DNA from: an uncultured delta proteobacterium
Lineage (GTDB): Bacteria; Desulfobacterota; Desulfobaccia; Desulfobaccales; 0-14-0-80-60-11
Assembly (NCBI GenBank): GCA_963709285.1
Contig: CAVPVR010000002.1
Span: 1,491 to 65,490, forward strand
Direction: 5' to 3'
Length of the DNA: 64,000 nucleotides
This document shows positions 54,040-63,475 of this stretch, one piece after another (position 1 is the stretch's first letter; each line of letters opens with the position of its first letter). Under the pieces are notes generated by a model that was not told where the DNA came from, made no database searches, and saw nothing but the letters and a program-made list of their open reading frames with translations. A program made the translations under genes and the position numbers.

Positions 54040-54297
54040 ATGTCGTACTCAATGGATAGCCTGAAAGCCAAGATTGTGGACTTCTACCCGGAGATTGAAA
54101 AGCATCAACTCGAAACCAGCATGACCTTTGACGAGGGCAAAAATGCCTACGTGGTGAAAGTAAAAAAAGGGGAACACGTCCTCACCACATTTCTCGAAAA
54201 AGCGGACGCGGACTCCTGTATGGAAGGCAACAAGTGTATTTACCTCGGGCTGCACATCGCTGAATTTGTTAAGAATTTTGAGTTAGAGGAAAAGTAG
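54040..54297 (+). CDS. Small hypothetical protein
   Basis: ORF 53992..54297; ATG at 54040 behind GGAGGGAGG. 85 aa, no family recognised. Confidence 0.45.
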   Translation: MSYSMDSLKAKIVDFYPEIEKHQLETSMTFDEGKNAYVVKVKKGEHVLTTFLEKADADSCMEGNKCIYLGLHIAEFVKNFELEEK

Positions 54298-54657
54298 TTG
54301 GAGAAAAAGACGGAAAAATTCGCCCTCTTCGCCTTTAACGGCGAGGCCACCTGCTTTGTTCATGTCCTGCTGAACGGCCTGGACCTCAAAGCCAGGGGCC
54401 AGGAGGTCAAGATAATTATCGAGGGTGCGGCCTGTGGTCTGATCCCCGAGTTGGGGGAAGGGGGCCACCCCTTGCACCAACTGTACGCCAAGGCCCGGGA
54501 GGCTGGTCTCATTGGCGGGGTTTGTCAGGCTTGTGCCCAGAAAATGGGGGGTCTGAACGCAGCCCGGGCCCAGGGCCTCACCATCCTGGAAGACATGTCG
54601 GGGCATGCCGGCATGGCACCATATCTTTTAGAGGGGTACCGAATCATCACCTTTTAA
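54298..54657 (+). CDS. DsrE/DsrF-like sulfur-relay family protein
   Basis: 119 aa, TTG start. KFALFAFNGEATCFVHVLLNG...VKIIIEGAACGL...GVCQACAQKMG. Assignment by overall pattern. Confidence 0.55.
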   Translation: MEKKTEKFALFAFNGEATCFVHVLLNGLDLKARGQEVKIIIEGAACGLIPELGEGGHPLHQLYAKAREAGLIGGVCQACAQKMGGLNAARAQGLTILEDMSGHAGMAPYLLEGYRIITF

Positions 54658-54776
54658 CGGCACGTCTGGGGGGACTTGCCGTAGGGGACCCCGGGATGAC
54701 ACGGCGCTGAGGGGGGCCGAAGCTCCGGGGTACAGTAGTAACCGCCGTCAACCTTTTAGTGGGGGGGAAACACACC

Positions 54777-57146
54777 ATGAGACTCTTCAAAGGGATGGGG
54801 GATCCCAGATTCGACCGTTTCCACTCACGCCGGCGCTGGGCCAAGCGCCTGGGGTGGATCATCTATGGTCTTTTGTTCACCGGACTCCTGGCGTTGCTGG
54901 GAGCCGCCGGATTTATTTACTATTCCTACATCAAAGACCTGCCCGATTTTACTGCCATCAAGCAGTACCGCCCCCCGGTGGTGACCACAATTTATGCCCG
55001 GGACGGCCGCCCCATGGGGGAATTCTATGCCGAGCGCCGCATTGAGGTGCCTTACAGCCGCCTGCCCTCGCACCTGATCCTGGCCTTTGTGTCCGCGGAA
55101 GACGCCCGCTTCTTTGAGCATCCGGGGGTGGACCTCTTCGGCATCGTCCGAGCCTTCATCAGAAACGTGGAGGCCGGGGAGATCGTCCAGGGGGGGAGCA
55201 CCATCACCCAGCAGGTGGTGAAGCGCATCATGCTTTCCTCCGAGAAGAGCTACGCCCGCAAGATCAAGGAGGCGGTGCTGGCCTACCGCATAGACAACTA
55301 CCTTACCAAGGAAGAGATTCTGACCCTGTACCTGAACCACATCTTTCTGGGGCGGGGCGCCTACGGGGTGGAAGCCGCAGCCCAGGAGTTTTTTTCCAAG
55401 CACGTGGAGGACCTGACTCTGGCAGAGTCAGCCCTGCTGGCGGGCATTCCCAAGGCTCCCAGCCGCTACTCTCCGTACTTGAACCCCCAAAAGGCCAAGG
55501 AGCGCCAGGCTTATGTGCTGAAGCGTATGGCCGAGGTGGGCTTTATCAGCAAGGAGGACGCGTCCAAGGCCTTGCGCCAGCCCATCAAGCTCAAACCTTC
55601 CCGGTCGGACTGGATCAAAGAGTGCGGTTATTTCACCGAGCACGTACGGAGCCTCCTGGAAGACCGTTTTGGGAAAGAACAGGTCATGAGCCTGGGCCTC
55701 AAGGTTTACACCACCGCAGATGTGGACCTGCACCGGGTGGCCCAGAAGGCCATCAGGGATGGCATGGAGGCCCTGGTGAAGCGCAACGGCTACCGGGGGC
55801 CTCTCAATCACCTGAATAAAAAGGAAATGGCGGCCTTCCAGGAACGCAAATTTCGCTACTTCAAAAAATATCCTCCCCGCAAGGGCATCCTGGTCACCGC
55901 CCTGGTAGTTCAGGGGGATAAAAAAGGCCAGCGGGTGCAGATACGCTTCGGGCAACACTCGGGGATGCTGGTCCCTCCGGCCTCGGACCAGACTTCAGAG
56001 GACCGCTATCGGGTTCGCCTTTCTTCCTTTCGGCCAGGAGACGTCTTGCTGGTGCGCCTGGTCAATCAGGATCGCCAGAAAAGCTGGACCGCCACCCTGG
56101 AACCCGCGCCCATGGTGCAGGGAGCCCTGTTCTCCATGGAGTTCAAGACCGGCAAGGTGCGGGCCATGATGGGTGGCAAAGAGTTCACCGACAGCACCTT
56201 CAACCGGGCGGTCCAGGCCCACCGTCAGCCGGGGAGCGCCTTCAAACCTATTATCTATGCAGCGGCGATAGAGCGGGGCTACGGCCCCAACTCCATCCTC
56301 ATAGATGAACCTCTATCCCTTCCAGGGGGCCGCCGCGGGGAACTGTGGAGCCCGCAGAACTATGATCACTCGTTCACCGGGCCGATTCCGCTGTCCACGG
56401 CTCTGGCCCGCTCCCGGAACATTCCAGCAGTGCGTATGATGATGGCTTTGGGGGTCCCCGCCATCGTCAAGATGGCCAAGACCTTGGGGATTTCCTCTCC
56501 CATCTACCCCAATTACGCCTCTGCCCTGGGGGCCTCGGAGGTGACGCTGCTTGAGCTCACCCGGGCCTACTCGGTTTTTCCCAACCGGGGCTACCTGGTA
56601 GAACCCGTTTTCATTGACCGCATTGAAGACCGGGACGGCCGGGTTCTCTTCGAAGCCAAGCCCCGGCGGTACGTGGTAATCAAACCAGAGAGCGCCGACA
56701 TCATGACCAACCTCCTCCTGGGGGTGGTGCAACGGGGCACCGGTACCCGGGTCAGGGTGTTGCAGCGGCCCGTCGGCGGTAAGACCGGCACAACCAACAA
56801 GACCCGGGACGCCTGGTTTTTGGGTTTCACCCCGTCTCTCATCACCGGGGTATGGGTGGGGATGGACGACGAGCGTAGCCTGGGCCCCAAGGAGACTGGC
56901 TCACAGGCAGCGGCGCCCATCTTTATCGCCTACATGCAGGAAGCTCTGAAAAACCAGCCGGTGGAGCAGTTCCCCGACGCGGTCAAGGCCCCATCAGGAA
57001 GAGGTGATCCTGACCTGGAATACGATGACGAAGAGGCGGTTGACGAAGAAGAACTCTTTTATCCGGAAAACAACACGCTGACCGGGGGCTCTCCCAAACC
57101 CCCGTCCCCCAGCCAGAACTTTTTTAAGAGTGATCTGGAAGGGTGA
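54777..57146 (+). CDS. mrcA: Class A penicillin-binding protein 1A (glycosyltransferase + transpeptidase)
   Basis: ORF 54759..57146; ATG at 54777. GT51 motifs (EDARFFEHPGVD, GGSTITQQ, RKIKE) and transpeptidase motifs (SAFKP, SRN, KTGTT). Confidence 0.93.
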   Translation: MRLFKGMGDPRFDRFHSRRRWAKRLGWIIYGLLFTGLLALLGAAGFIYYSYIKDLPDFTAIKQYRPPVVTTIYARDGRPMGEFYAERRIEVPYSRLPSHLILAFVSAEDARFFEHPGVDLFGIVRAFIRNVEAGEIVQGGSTITQQVVKRIMLSSEKSYARKIKEAVLAYRIDNYLTKEEILTLYLNHIFLGRGAYGVEAAAQEFFSKHVEDLTLAESALLAGIPKAPSRYSPYLNPQKAKERQAYVLKRMAEVGFISKEDASKALRQPIKLKPSRSDWIKECGYFTEHVRSLLEDRFGKEQVMSLGLKVYTTADVDLHRVAQKAIRDGMEALVKRNGYRGPLNHLNKKEMAAFQERKFRYFKKYPPRKGILVTALVVQGDKKGQRVQIRFGQHSGMLVPPASDQTSEDRYRVRLSSFRPGDVLLVRLVNQDRQKSWTATLEPAPMVQGALFSMEFKTGKVRAMMGGKEFTDSTFNRAVQAHRQPGSAFKPIIYAAAIERGYGPNSILIDEPLSLPGGRRGELWSPQNYDHSFTGPIPLSTALARSRNIPAVRMMMALGVPAIVKMAKTLGISSPIYPNYASALGASEVTLLELTRAYSVFPNRGYLVEPVFIDRIEDRDGRVLFEAKPRRYVVIKPESADIMTNLLLGVVQRGTGTRVRVLQRPVGGKTGTTNKTRDAWFLGFTPSLITGVWVGMDDERSLGPKETGSQAAAPIFIAYMQEALKNQPVEQFPDAVKAPSGRGDPDLEYDDEEAVDEEELFYPENNTLTGGSPKPPSPSQNFFKSDLEG

Positions 57147-57247
57147 GGCAGGGTTTTCCGGAAATAAGGGCTAACCAAAAAAAGGGCTGACCAAGGAAAG
57201 CGTGAGGTTGCTGCTTTTCCCCGGTCTCTCTTTGCTTTGAGGCAAGG

Positions 57248-58087
57248 ATGCGGCAAATTGACGTCAAGACAATTATAGAGGCGGTGAAAGACGCAGCTAT
57301 ATCTGCTAATTACGAGTTAGACGAGGATATTCTGGCCGCTTTTGCCCAGGGGGAAAGAGAAGAGGAGTCTCCGGCCGGACGGGAAATTTTCCGGCAGCTC
57401 GGTGAGAATGCCCGAATCGCCGCCCAAGAGCGCATTCCCCTGTGTCAGGACTGCGGCTTGGCGGTCATTTTCGCTGAGGTGGGCCAGGACGTGCACATTG
57501 CGGGGGGAGACTTTGAGGCCGCCCTCCAGGAAGGGGTCCGACAAGGCTATGGTGAGGGTTATTTGCGCAAGTCCCTCTGCCACCCCCTCACCCGGGAAAA
57601 CACGGGTGACAATACTCCGGCAGTTATCCATCTCGAACTAGTGCCCGGGGACCGACTGAAACTTATGGTGGTGCCCAAAGGCGGCGGCAGTGAAAACATG
57701 AGCAAGCTCTTCATGCTCAAGCCCGCCGAGGGTCTCGCCGGTATCAAGGGCAAAGTGGTGGCCACGGTGTCAGAAGCCGGCCCCAACGTTTGTCCCCCCA
57801 TGATCGTGGGGGTGGGTATTGGGGGTAACTTCGAGCGCTCAGCCTTGCTCGCCAAAAAGGCTCTTATCAGGAAACTCTCGGACACCCATCCGGATCCGGA
57901 AGTGGCGGCCCTGGAAAAGGAACTGCTCACCGCCATCAATGACCTGGGCATCGGACCGGCGGGTCTGGGGGGCCGGATCACCGCCCTGGGGGTCAAAATC
58001 AACATGCAGCCCTGCCACATCGCCAGCCTGCCGGTGGCGGTGAACATCCAGTGCCACTCCAGCCGCCACCTGGAAGTGATTTTGTAG
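57248..58087 (+). CDS. Fe-S type (class I) fumarate/tartrate hydro-lyase, alpha subunit
   Basis: 279 aa. PLCQDCGLAV...KGGGSENMS...PPMIVGVGIGGNFE. Confidence 0.9.
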   Translation: MRQIDVKTIIEAVKDAAISANYELDEDILAAFAQGEREEESPAGREIFRQLGENARIAAQERIPLCQDCGLAVIFAEVGQDVHIAGGDFEAALQEGVRQGYGEGYLRKSLCHPLTRENTGDNTPAVIHLELVPGDRLKLMVVPKGGGSENMSKLFMLKPAEGLAGIKGKVVATVSEAGPNVCPPMIVGVGIGGNFERSALLAKKALIRKLSDTHPDPEVAALEKELLTAINDLGIGPAGLGGRITALGVKINMQPCHIASLPVAVNIQCHSSRHLEVIL

Positions 58088-58096
58088 GGAAAGTTC

Positions 58097-58657
58097 ATGA
58101 GCAAACAGGTGCGCCTTACCCCCCCGGTGACCAACGACATGATCAAGGGCCTAGTGATGGGCGATCAGGTTCTGGTGAACGGGATTATCTATACCGCCCG
58201 GGACGCAGCCCACAAACGGCTCATGGAGCTTTTGGAGGCGGGACAGGCATTGCCGGTGGACTTTAACGGGCAGATTTTGTATTACGTCGGCCCCAGCCCA
58301 GCCCGGCCCGGCCGGGTCATCGGCGCTGCCGGTCCTACCACCAGCACCCGTATGGACGTTTATACCCCCACCCTGCTGAAGCTGGGCCTGAAGGCCATGA
58401 TCGGCAAGGGAAGCCGTGGTCCTGAAGTTATCGCGGCCCTGAAGGAGTATACCGCGGTGTATCTGGGGGCCACGGGTGGTGCCGGGGCCCTCATCTCCAA
58501 ATGCATCAAGGCCGCGGAAGTGGTGGCTTTTCCGGATTTGGGCCCGGAAGCCATCCATCGCCTGGAAGTGGAGGACTTTCCCACCATCGTGATCAACGAT
58601 TGCCATGGCGGGGACCTCTATGAATTGGGCCGGCGGGAGTTCGCCCGGGTGACGTGA
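58097..58657 (+). CDS. Fe-S type (class I) fumarate/tartrate hydro-lyase, beta subunit
   Basis: 186 aa. GIIYTARDAAHKRL...YYVGPSPARPG...GPTTSTRMD...MIGKG. Confidence 0.9.
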   Translation: MSKQVRLTPPVTNDMIKGLVMGDQVLVNGIIYTARDAAHKRLMELLEAGQALPVDFNGQILYYVGPSPARPGRVIGAAGPTTSTRMDVYTPTLLKLGLKAMIGKGSRGPEVIAALKEYTAVYLGATGGAGALISKCIKAAEVVAFPDLGPEAIHRLEVEDFPTIVINDCHGGDLYELGRREFARVT

Positions 58658-58764
58658 ACTTCTGGTTTAGGTGCGGTTGCGGAAGGGGCCGGGGAATCTA
58701 GGTATTCTTTGGCAAAGCCTGCCCCAGGTTAAGGCGGGTTCTGAATTAGGACAGGACAAGGAAG

Positions 58765-60111
58765 ATGATGGCGGACCTGGAAAAAATCATGGGCCGGATC
58801 AAGGAGAAGCGGCGCGCTTTCCAGGAATATAAGTTTGACACTCAGGAAAACGACGCGCTCAAGACCTTTTTCGACCTGGCCCAAGAATATGAAACCCTGG
58901 AAAACTTCTACCGGATATCAGTAGGGGTGATCAAGGAGTTTTTCGGCCTGGAATCCAGCCTCTACCTGATCTCCCGGGAAGAGACCCTGCAACTGGTGTG
59001 CGACAGCATCCAGGGCATCTATCCGGACAAGCCTCCAGCCCCGGCGCACATCCGCCTCGACAACCAGGCGTACGTCACTGACCACTCCTGGCTGGCGCCC
59101 ATCCGGGGAAATTTCTTGTTGGTGGATCGTCTGCCTTTTTACAGCAAGGAGCAGCTTATCGGCATGCTGGAGGTTTTTCCCCTGGAGAGGCTCTCCACGC
59201 GCCGGCGCTTCTTTTTGGAAAAATACACCAACCGTCTGGGCTACAACCTCCACAACAAGATCATCTCCTGGCAGAACATCCAGCACATCCGCTTCATCAA
59301 CAGCCTGGTGGGGGACATCGAGCACAACATCATCCTCCCGAATATCAACTTGAGCCTCTATCTCCGCAAGCTCAAGCGCAAAATCAAGTCCCTCAAGGCT
59401 CTGGAATGCTCCTGTTTTCAGGCGGACTCGGCGGAGGCCGCCCAACTCCAGGACTTGGTGGAGGAGATGGAGCAGGACTACCAGACCCTGGAACGCCAGT
59501 ACCGGGGTGTGAGTCTCTTCATCGAGTCTCTGTTCCGGCCCTCTCACTTCCAAAAGGGGCAGTTGGTGCTGCGGCGGCGTACCACTCGGGTGTTGAGTGA
59601 TATTATCCAGCCCCAACTCCAGCTTCATCTGGCCAAATTCGAGGAGCGTCACATTGACATCGATGTGGGGCTGGGGGGCGTCCCTGATGAAGATTTTCCC
59701 CTGTCCGTGGACAAGGGGCTCATGGCTCAGGTGTACGCCAATCTCCTTTCCAATGCCGTGAAGTACACCCGCACCAATCATGAAGGGCATCGGTACCTGT
59801 CCTATGGCCGGGAAGTGCTCAAGGATTTTTTCGACCCCGGCAAAGACGGCATCAAATTTAACGTCTTCACCACCGGACCCCATATTCCCCCGGAGGACGT
59901 ACCCCACATCTTTGAAGAAGGTTACCGGGGCTCCAATATCGAGAAGGAAGTGGGCACCGGCCGGGGCCTCTATTTCGTGCGCAATGTCATTGAGACCCAC
60001 GGGGGCGTGGTGGGCTATGAGCCTACCCACGAAGGGAACAACTTCTACTTCGTGCTTCCCCTGGTCACCGGGCGTGAACCTCCCCTGGCCGTAGAACTGG
60101 CCACCTCATAA
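58765..60111 (+). CDS. Sensor histidine kinase (GAF-like N-terminus, HATPase_c C-terminus), no adjacent response regulator
   Basis: 448 aa. N box ANLLSNAVKYT, G boxes GTGRGLYFV and GGVVGYEP. Confidence 0.8.
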   Translation: MMADLEKIMGRIKEKRRAFQEYKFDTQENDALKTFFDLAQEYETLENFYRISVGVIKEFFGLESSLYLISREETLQLVCDSIQGIYPDKPPAPAHIRLDNQAYVTDHSWLAPIRGNFLLVDRLPFYSKEQLIGMLEVFPLERLSTRRRFFLEKYTNRLGYNLHNKIISWQNIQHIRFINSLVGDIEHNIILPNINLSLYLRKLKRKIKSLKALECSCFQADSAEAAQLQDLVEEMEQDYQTLERQYRGVSLFIESLFRPSHFQKGQLVLRRRTTRVLSDIIQPQLQLHLAKFEERHIDIDVGLGGVPDEDFPLSVDKGLMAQVYANLLSNAVKYTRTNHEGHRYLSYGREVLKDFFDPGKDGIKFNVFTTGPHIPPEDVPHIFEEGYRGSNIEKEVGTGRGLYFVRNVIETHGGVVGYEPTHEGNNFYFVLPLVTGREPPLAVELATS

Positions 60112-60128
60112 TCAAGACGCGCAAAACC

Positions 60129-60326
60129 GTGCCCATTCGCTACCTGGCCCAAGAGCTTTACCGGCTGACGAGTAAAGTAGAGGAACTGGAGTTGCGGCTG
60201 GCCGCTCTGGGAACAGGGCCTTCCCCGGAACGGGGACCCCTCGAGATCGAACTTCTCCAGACGAAAAAGGAGCGGGATCGTCTACGGGAGGTGCTGGAGT
60301 CGAAAAAGGAAAAGCCCCTGGTGTAA
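60129..60326 (+). CDS. Possible small coiled-coil protein
   Basis: 65 aa, GTG start, heptad-like charged sequence. No family recognised. Confidence 0.3.
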   Translation: MPIRYLAQELYRLTSKVEELELRLAALGTGPSPERGPLEIELLQTKKERDRLREVLESKKEKPLV

Positions 60327-60396
60327 GCGTTCTGCCTTCCCACCCCCCTGCCCGTGAAATTCATTCGGACCCTTAAGAAATCCCTTCTAGCCAGGC

Positions 60397-60669
60397 TCAG
60401 CAGAGCCAGCAGCCCTTTTCCCGGATCTCCTCGTACCACTTGTGCAGGATTTGGCTCCTTTCCCCTCTTTTTAAAAAGAGGAAACGGAGGACCTGGCTCA
60501 TGTCGATGAAACCGGCAAAGTAGGCATATTTCACCAGGTTTTCCAGGTTCTCCGGGGAAAAATCCTTGGCGTGCTCCGGGACCCGTTCCCACATGTCCTC
60601 TTCCTGGATGATGTCCTTCACCAGGTGATAATGGGCCTGTTGCTGCCCGGGGGTGCTCGGGTGCGGCAT
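60397..60669 (-). CDS. Hypothetical protein
   Basis: 90 aa ATG ORF with normal-looking composition. No family recognised. Confidence 0.35.
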   Translation of the reverse strand: MPHPSTPGQQQAHYHLVKDIIQEEDMWERVPEHAKDFSPENLENLVKYAYFAGFIDMSQVLRFLFLKRGERSQILHKWYEEIREKGCWLC

Positions 60670-60724
60670 GATTGATGTTGTTGTTTCGTGCGTTGCTGTT
60701 ACTCAGAGCATTCAAACGGTTAAT

Positions 60725-60864
60725 TTGAGGGGAGGGCCGGGGGACCGCAGGGGGGCCCCCCGCCCTCCCCTTAAGCTCCCCTCCCAACCCCCCTTAAGGG
60801 GTTGGGGGAGAGGGTTTGGGAGAGGGGGCAGGGGTCCGCCACCCCTGGCCCCCTCTCCCAAAAC
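60725..60864. repeat. Composite G/C-tract repeat (hairpin form plus core form in tandem)
   Basis: ttgaggggagggccgggggaccgcaggggggccccccgccctcccctt...aaggggttgggggagagggtttgggagagggggcaggggtccgccacccctggccccctctcccaaaa. Confidence 0.7.
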
Positions 60865-60907
60865 AAATTTTCTCTGCTTGGCCCTTCTTTTGAGTCCCCT
60901 TTTACAT

Positions 60908-62365
60908 CTATAACACCATCCGAGCGCGGCGTGCCGCTTTTTGGCCCTGGGCGATGGCGGCTTCCACGCAGGGGAGGCCCTCCAAATCGGAGTTGGCCAA
61001 AATGAGGCGCCCTTCCTGAGGGCTGAGGCGGCCCTTGAGAAAATGAATGAAGCCCGGATACGGCACCACCTGGGCGTGGCCGAAGCGGTAAAGGTGAACC
61101 TCCTCCACCTCCTCTTGCAGGCCGGGGAAATGACGCACCACGGCGTTGAAAATTTCCTCTCCTTGTTCTTCCGGGGTTTTCTCAAGCAAACTTTTCCTCC
61201 CGTGGGGGTAAGGTTGGGGGGCAAAGACCGTCATGACCCGGGGGGAGCCAGGCGGCGCCTCCCGGGGCGTCAGGATGAAGTCGGAGAAGGCCGGGTCCCC
61301 GGTAACCCAGTTTTCAAACCCCGGCGCCTCGAGGCTGAGATTGCCGCACAGGGCCGCCACCACATAGCTGCTGTACCGGAAGGCCTTGAAAATATCGAGG
61401 TCCCAGCCGCAGTCAGGGGGCAGCAGGCACCGAGTGACAAATTTTCCGGTGGCTAAGATGACCACTCCGGCCTCCAGGCGCCAGGGACACCGGGCCGCGC
61501 CGTCCCAAACCAGAAGATGGATGGCGTCGGGATGAATTTTCAGGCCCACCACCGTTTGCTGCACCTGAACCGGCCTGGGAAGAGACGCGGTTAGGGCCTG
61601 CACCAAGCGGGCATTTCCCTCGGGAAAGGAGCCGATCCGAGATACGGGAGAAAATTCAGACATAAGGAAATAAAGCCCGGCCCAGGCCGAAACCTCCTGC
61701 GGGCCGGCCCCCAGGCAGGAGCGGCAGTAGGGCTCGAAGAAGCCGACAACCTCCGGGGGAAAACCCCACAAACTCTCCAGAAGCTGCTGTAGGGAATAGC
61801 GGTCCCATTCCGGATTGGTCAGAAACGGGGAGGTCAAGGGGTCCCATCTGGCTTCCCGTTGCGCCATTTCCCCAGCGAAACGATACAGTTGGTCCTGCAC
61901 CCCGGGGGCTACCGGGAGGGTCTTGATACCTGCGGCGGAAAAGCAGTCCGGGTGCCACCGGCCCTGGTTAAACATGGCGCTGGCCGGGGTCGCCACCAAG
62001 GCCTCTTCCACCTTGAGACCCAGGTCCTGGAACCAGGTCCGGCTGTCTGAATACTCCGGATCGTAGTAAAAATAAGCAGATCCGGCGGGATAGGGTATGT
62101 TCTGATATGCTCCGGGCAAACAAACGCCCCCGGGTTGACTGCCCGCTTCCAGGACCAAAACCTCATGGCCCTGGAGATGATAGGCGGCAGTAAGCCCCGA
62201 GAGCCCCGCTCCCACCACAGCCACCTCCACCTGGGTTTCGGCTCGGTCCGGCCAGACCACGTCAGGAGTTTGGGATGTCTGGAAAAGCCCGTGGCAGGCC
62301 TGGGGTTCATCCCCGCCCCAGGAATGCACAGGTGGCATCATCTGAACATTTCTTTTTCTCACCAT
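60908..62365 (-). CDS. FAD-dependent oxidoreductase (amine-oxidase/phytoene-desaturase-like)
   Basis: 485 aa. VAVVGAGLSGLTAAYHL...VLVLEAGSQPGG and a C-terminal FAD-binding segment (LILANSDLEG). Confidence 0.8.
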   Translation of the reverse strand: MVRKRNVQMMPPVHSWGGDEPQACHGLFQTSQTPDVVWPDRAETQVEVAVVGAGLSGLTAAYHLQGHEVLVLEAGSQPGGVCLPGAYQNIPYPAGSAYFYYDPEYSDSRTWFQDLGLKVEEALVATPASAMFNQGRWHPDCFSAAGIKTLPVAPGVQDQLYRFAGEMAQREARWDPLTSPFLTNPEWDRYSLQQLLESLWGFPPEVVGFFEPYCRSCLGAGPQEVSAWAGLYFLMSEFSPVSRIGSFPEGNARLVQALTASLPRPVQVQQTVVGLKIHPDAIHLLVWDGAARCPWRLEAGVVILATGKFVTRCLLPPDCGWDLDIFKAFRYSSYVVAALCGNLSLEAPGFENWVTGDPAFSDFILTPREAPPGSPRVMTVFAPQPYPHGRKSLLEKTPEEQGEEIFNAVVRHFPGLQEEVEEVHLYRFGHAQVVPYPGFIHFLKGRLSPQEGRLILANSDLEGLPCVEAAIAQGQKAARRARMVL

Positions 62366-62484
62366 GCGGTCAATACGCCCAATGGAGACTTATTAGAGCT
62401 CCCACTGAGTCAGAGAAGGCTACACACTATCAGAGTGGCGCTCAAACACTTGTCCCTCAATGCCTGGTGCCTCAGTGCCTTATG

Positions 62485-63421
62485 CTTAGTGCTTATCCGT
62501 AAATAACTTGACATTTATCAAATAATATGGCATGCATATCCATAAAAAAGCTCAACGGAGGTGCGCATGCCAAGGTTGCCGTCATGGGCTGTTTCCGATG
62601 CTTTTTGGCAGCGTGTGGAGCCACTCTTACCGCAACCGACCAGGGACCCGAACAAATCTTATATCCGGAAAAAAGGTGGCGGCAGAAAGCCGTTGGATTA
62701 TCGCAAGGTATTTGAAGGTATTGTTTATGTTCTCCGCACCGGTTGTCAATGGAAGGCTCTCCCCAAAGAGATATATGGTAGCCCCAGTTCCATCCATGCC
62801 TACTTTCGGCAGTGGGAAAAGGCCGGGGTATTTCTGGCCATCTGGCGAGCTGGATTGGCGGAATACGATGAAATGGAGGGCATCTCCTGGCTGTGGCAAA
62901 GTATTGATAGCGCCATGACCAAAGCGCCTTTGGCACGAGAGGCGGTTGGTCCGAGCCCGACGGACAGGGGGAAAAAAAGGAAGCAAACGCCACGTGCTGG
63001 TGGAAGAGCGTGGCGTCCCTCTGTCGATCGTCGTCACCGGGGCGAATAGACATGATGTAACTCAACTGGAAATCGTCTTGGATAGCATGGTCATTCAACG
63101 ACCAGAACCTACAGCAGACCAACCTCAGCACCTTTGCGCCGACAAAGGCTATGACGGTAAACCTGCATACCAAAGCATAGTCGACCGGGATTATATCCCC
63201 CACGTTCGGCGCCGCGGCGAGGAAATCGAGGCGAAAAAAACTGTTCCCGGCTACCGTGCTCGCCGCTGGATCGTAGAAGCTTGCAATTCATGGTTTAACA
63301 GGTTTCGCAAGATCCTGGTTCGTTATGAAAAAACCCTTTCCAGCTATATCGCCTTGCTTCATTTAGCAGCAGCCATAATCTGCTGGCGAAAAGTTGGAGT
63401 TATTTACGGATAAGCACTAAG
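62485..63421 (+). mobile_element. IS5-family insertion sequence (IS427/IS1031-like group), 937 bp
   Basis: Perfect 24-bp terminal inverted repeats: CTTAGTGCTTATCCGTAAATAACT at 62485..62508 and its reverse complement at 63398..63421. They enclose a two-frame DDE transposase. Confidence 0.85.
62567..63413 (+). CDS. IS5-family DDE transposase in two overlapping frames joined at an A7 run
   Basis: orfA (ORF 62561..63049, ATG at 62567 behind GGAGG: ...YVLRTGCQWKALPKE...PSPTDRGKK). orfB (ORF 62946..63413: GSKRHVLVEERGVPLSIVVTGANRHD...LCADKGYDG...RWIVEACNSWFNRFRKILVRYEK). A7 at 62972..62978. Confidence 0.85.
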
Positions 63422-63475
63422 TTCAGCAGGGAGCTTGGGAGGAAGACTGGTGACCTCGAGACCTATCCCCTTCCT

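Noticed and set aside
54295-54297. In-frame TAG joining the 85-aa ORF (54040..54297) to the DsrE-like ORF (54298..54657). This could be read-through, pyrrolysine or a fused gene.
   Set aside because: DsrE-like proteins are normally about 110-120 aa and begin about where the TTG start lies. There is no methylamine-methyltransferase context or other hint of Pyl usage. Two adjacent genes is the simpler reading.
62493-63203. 236-aa ORF on the minus strand inside the IS element.
   Set aside because: It is antisense to the clearly recognisable IS5-family transposase frames, and its translation has no family features.
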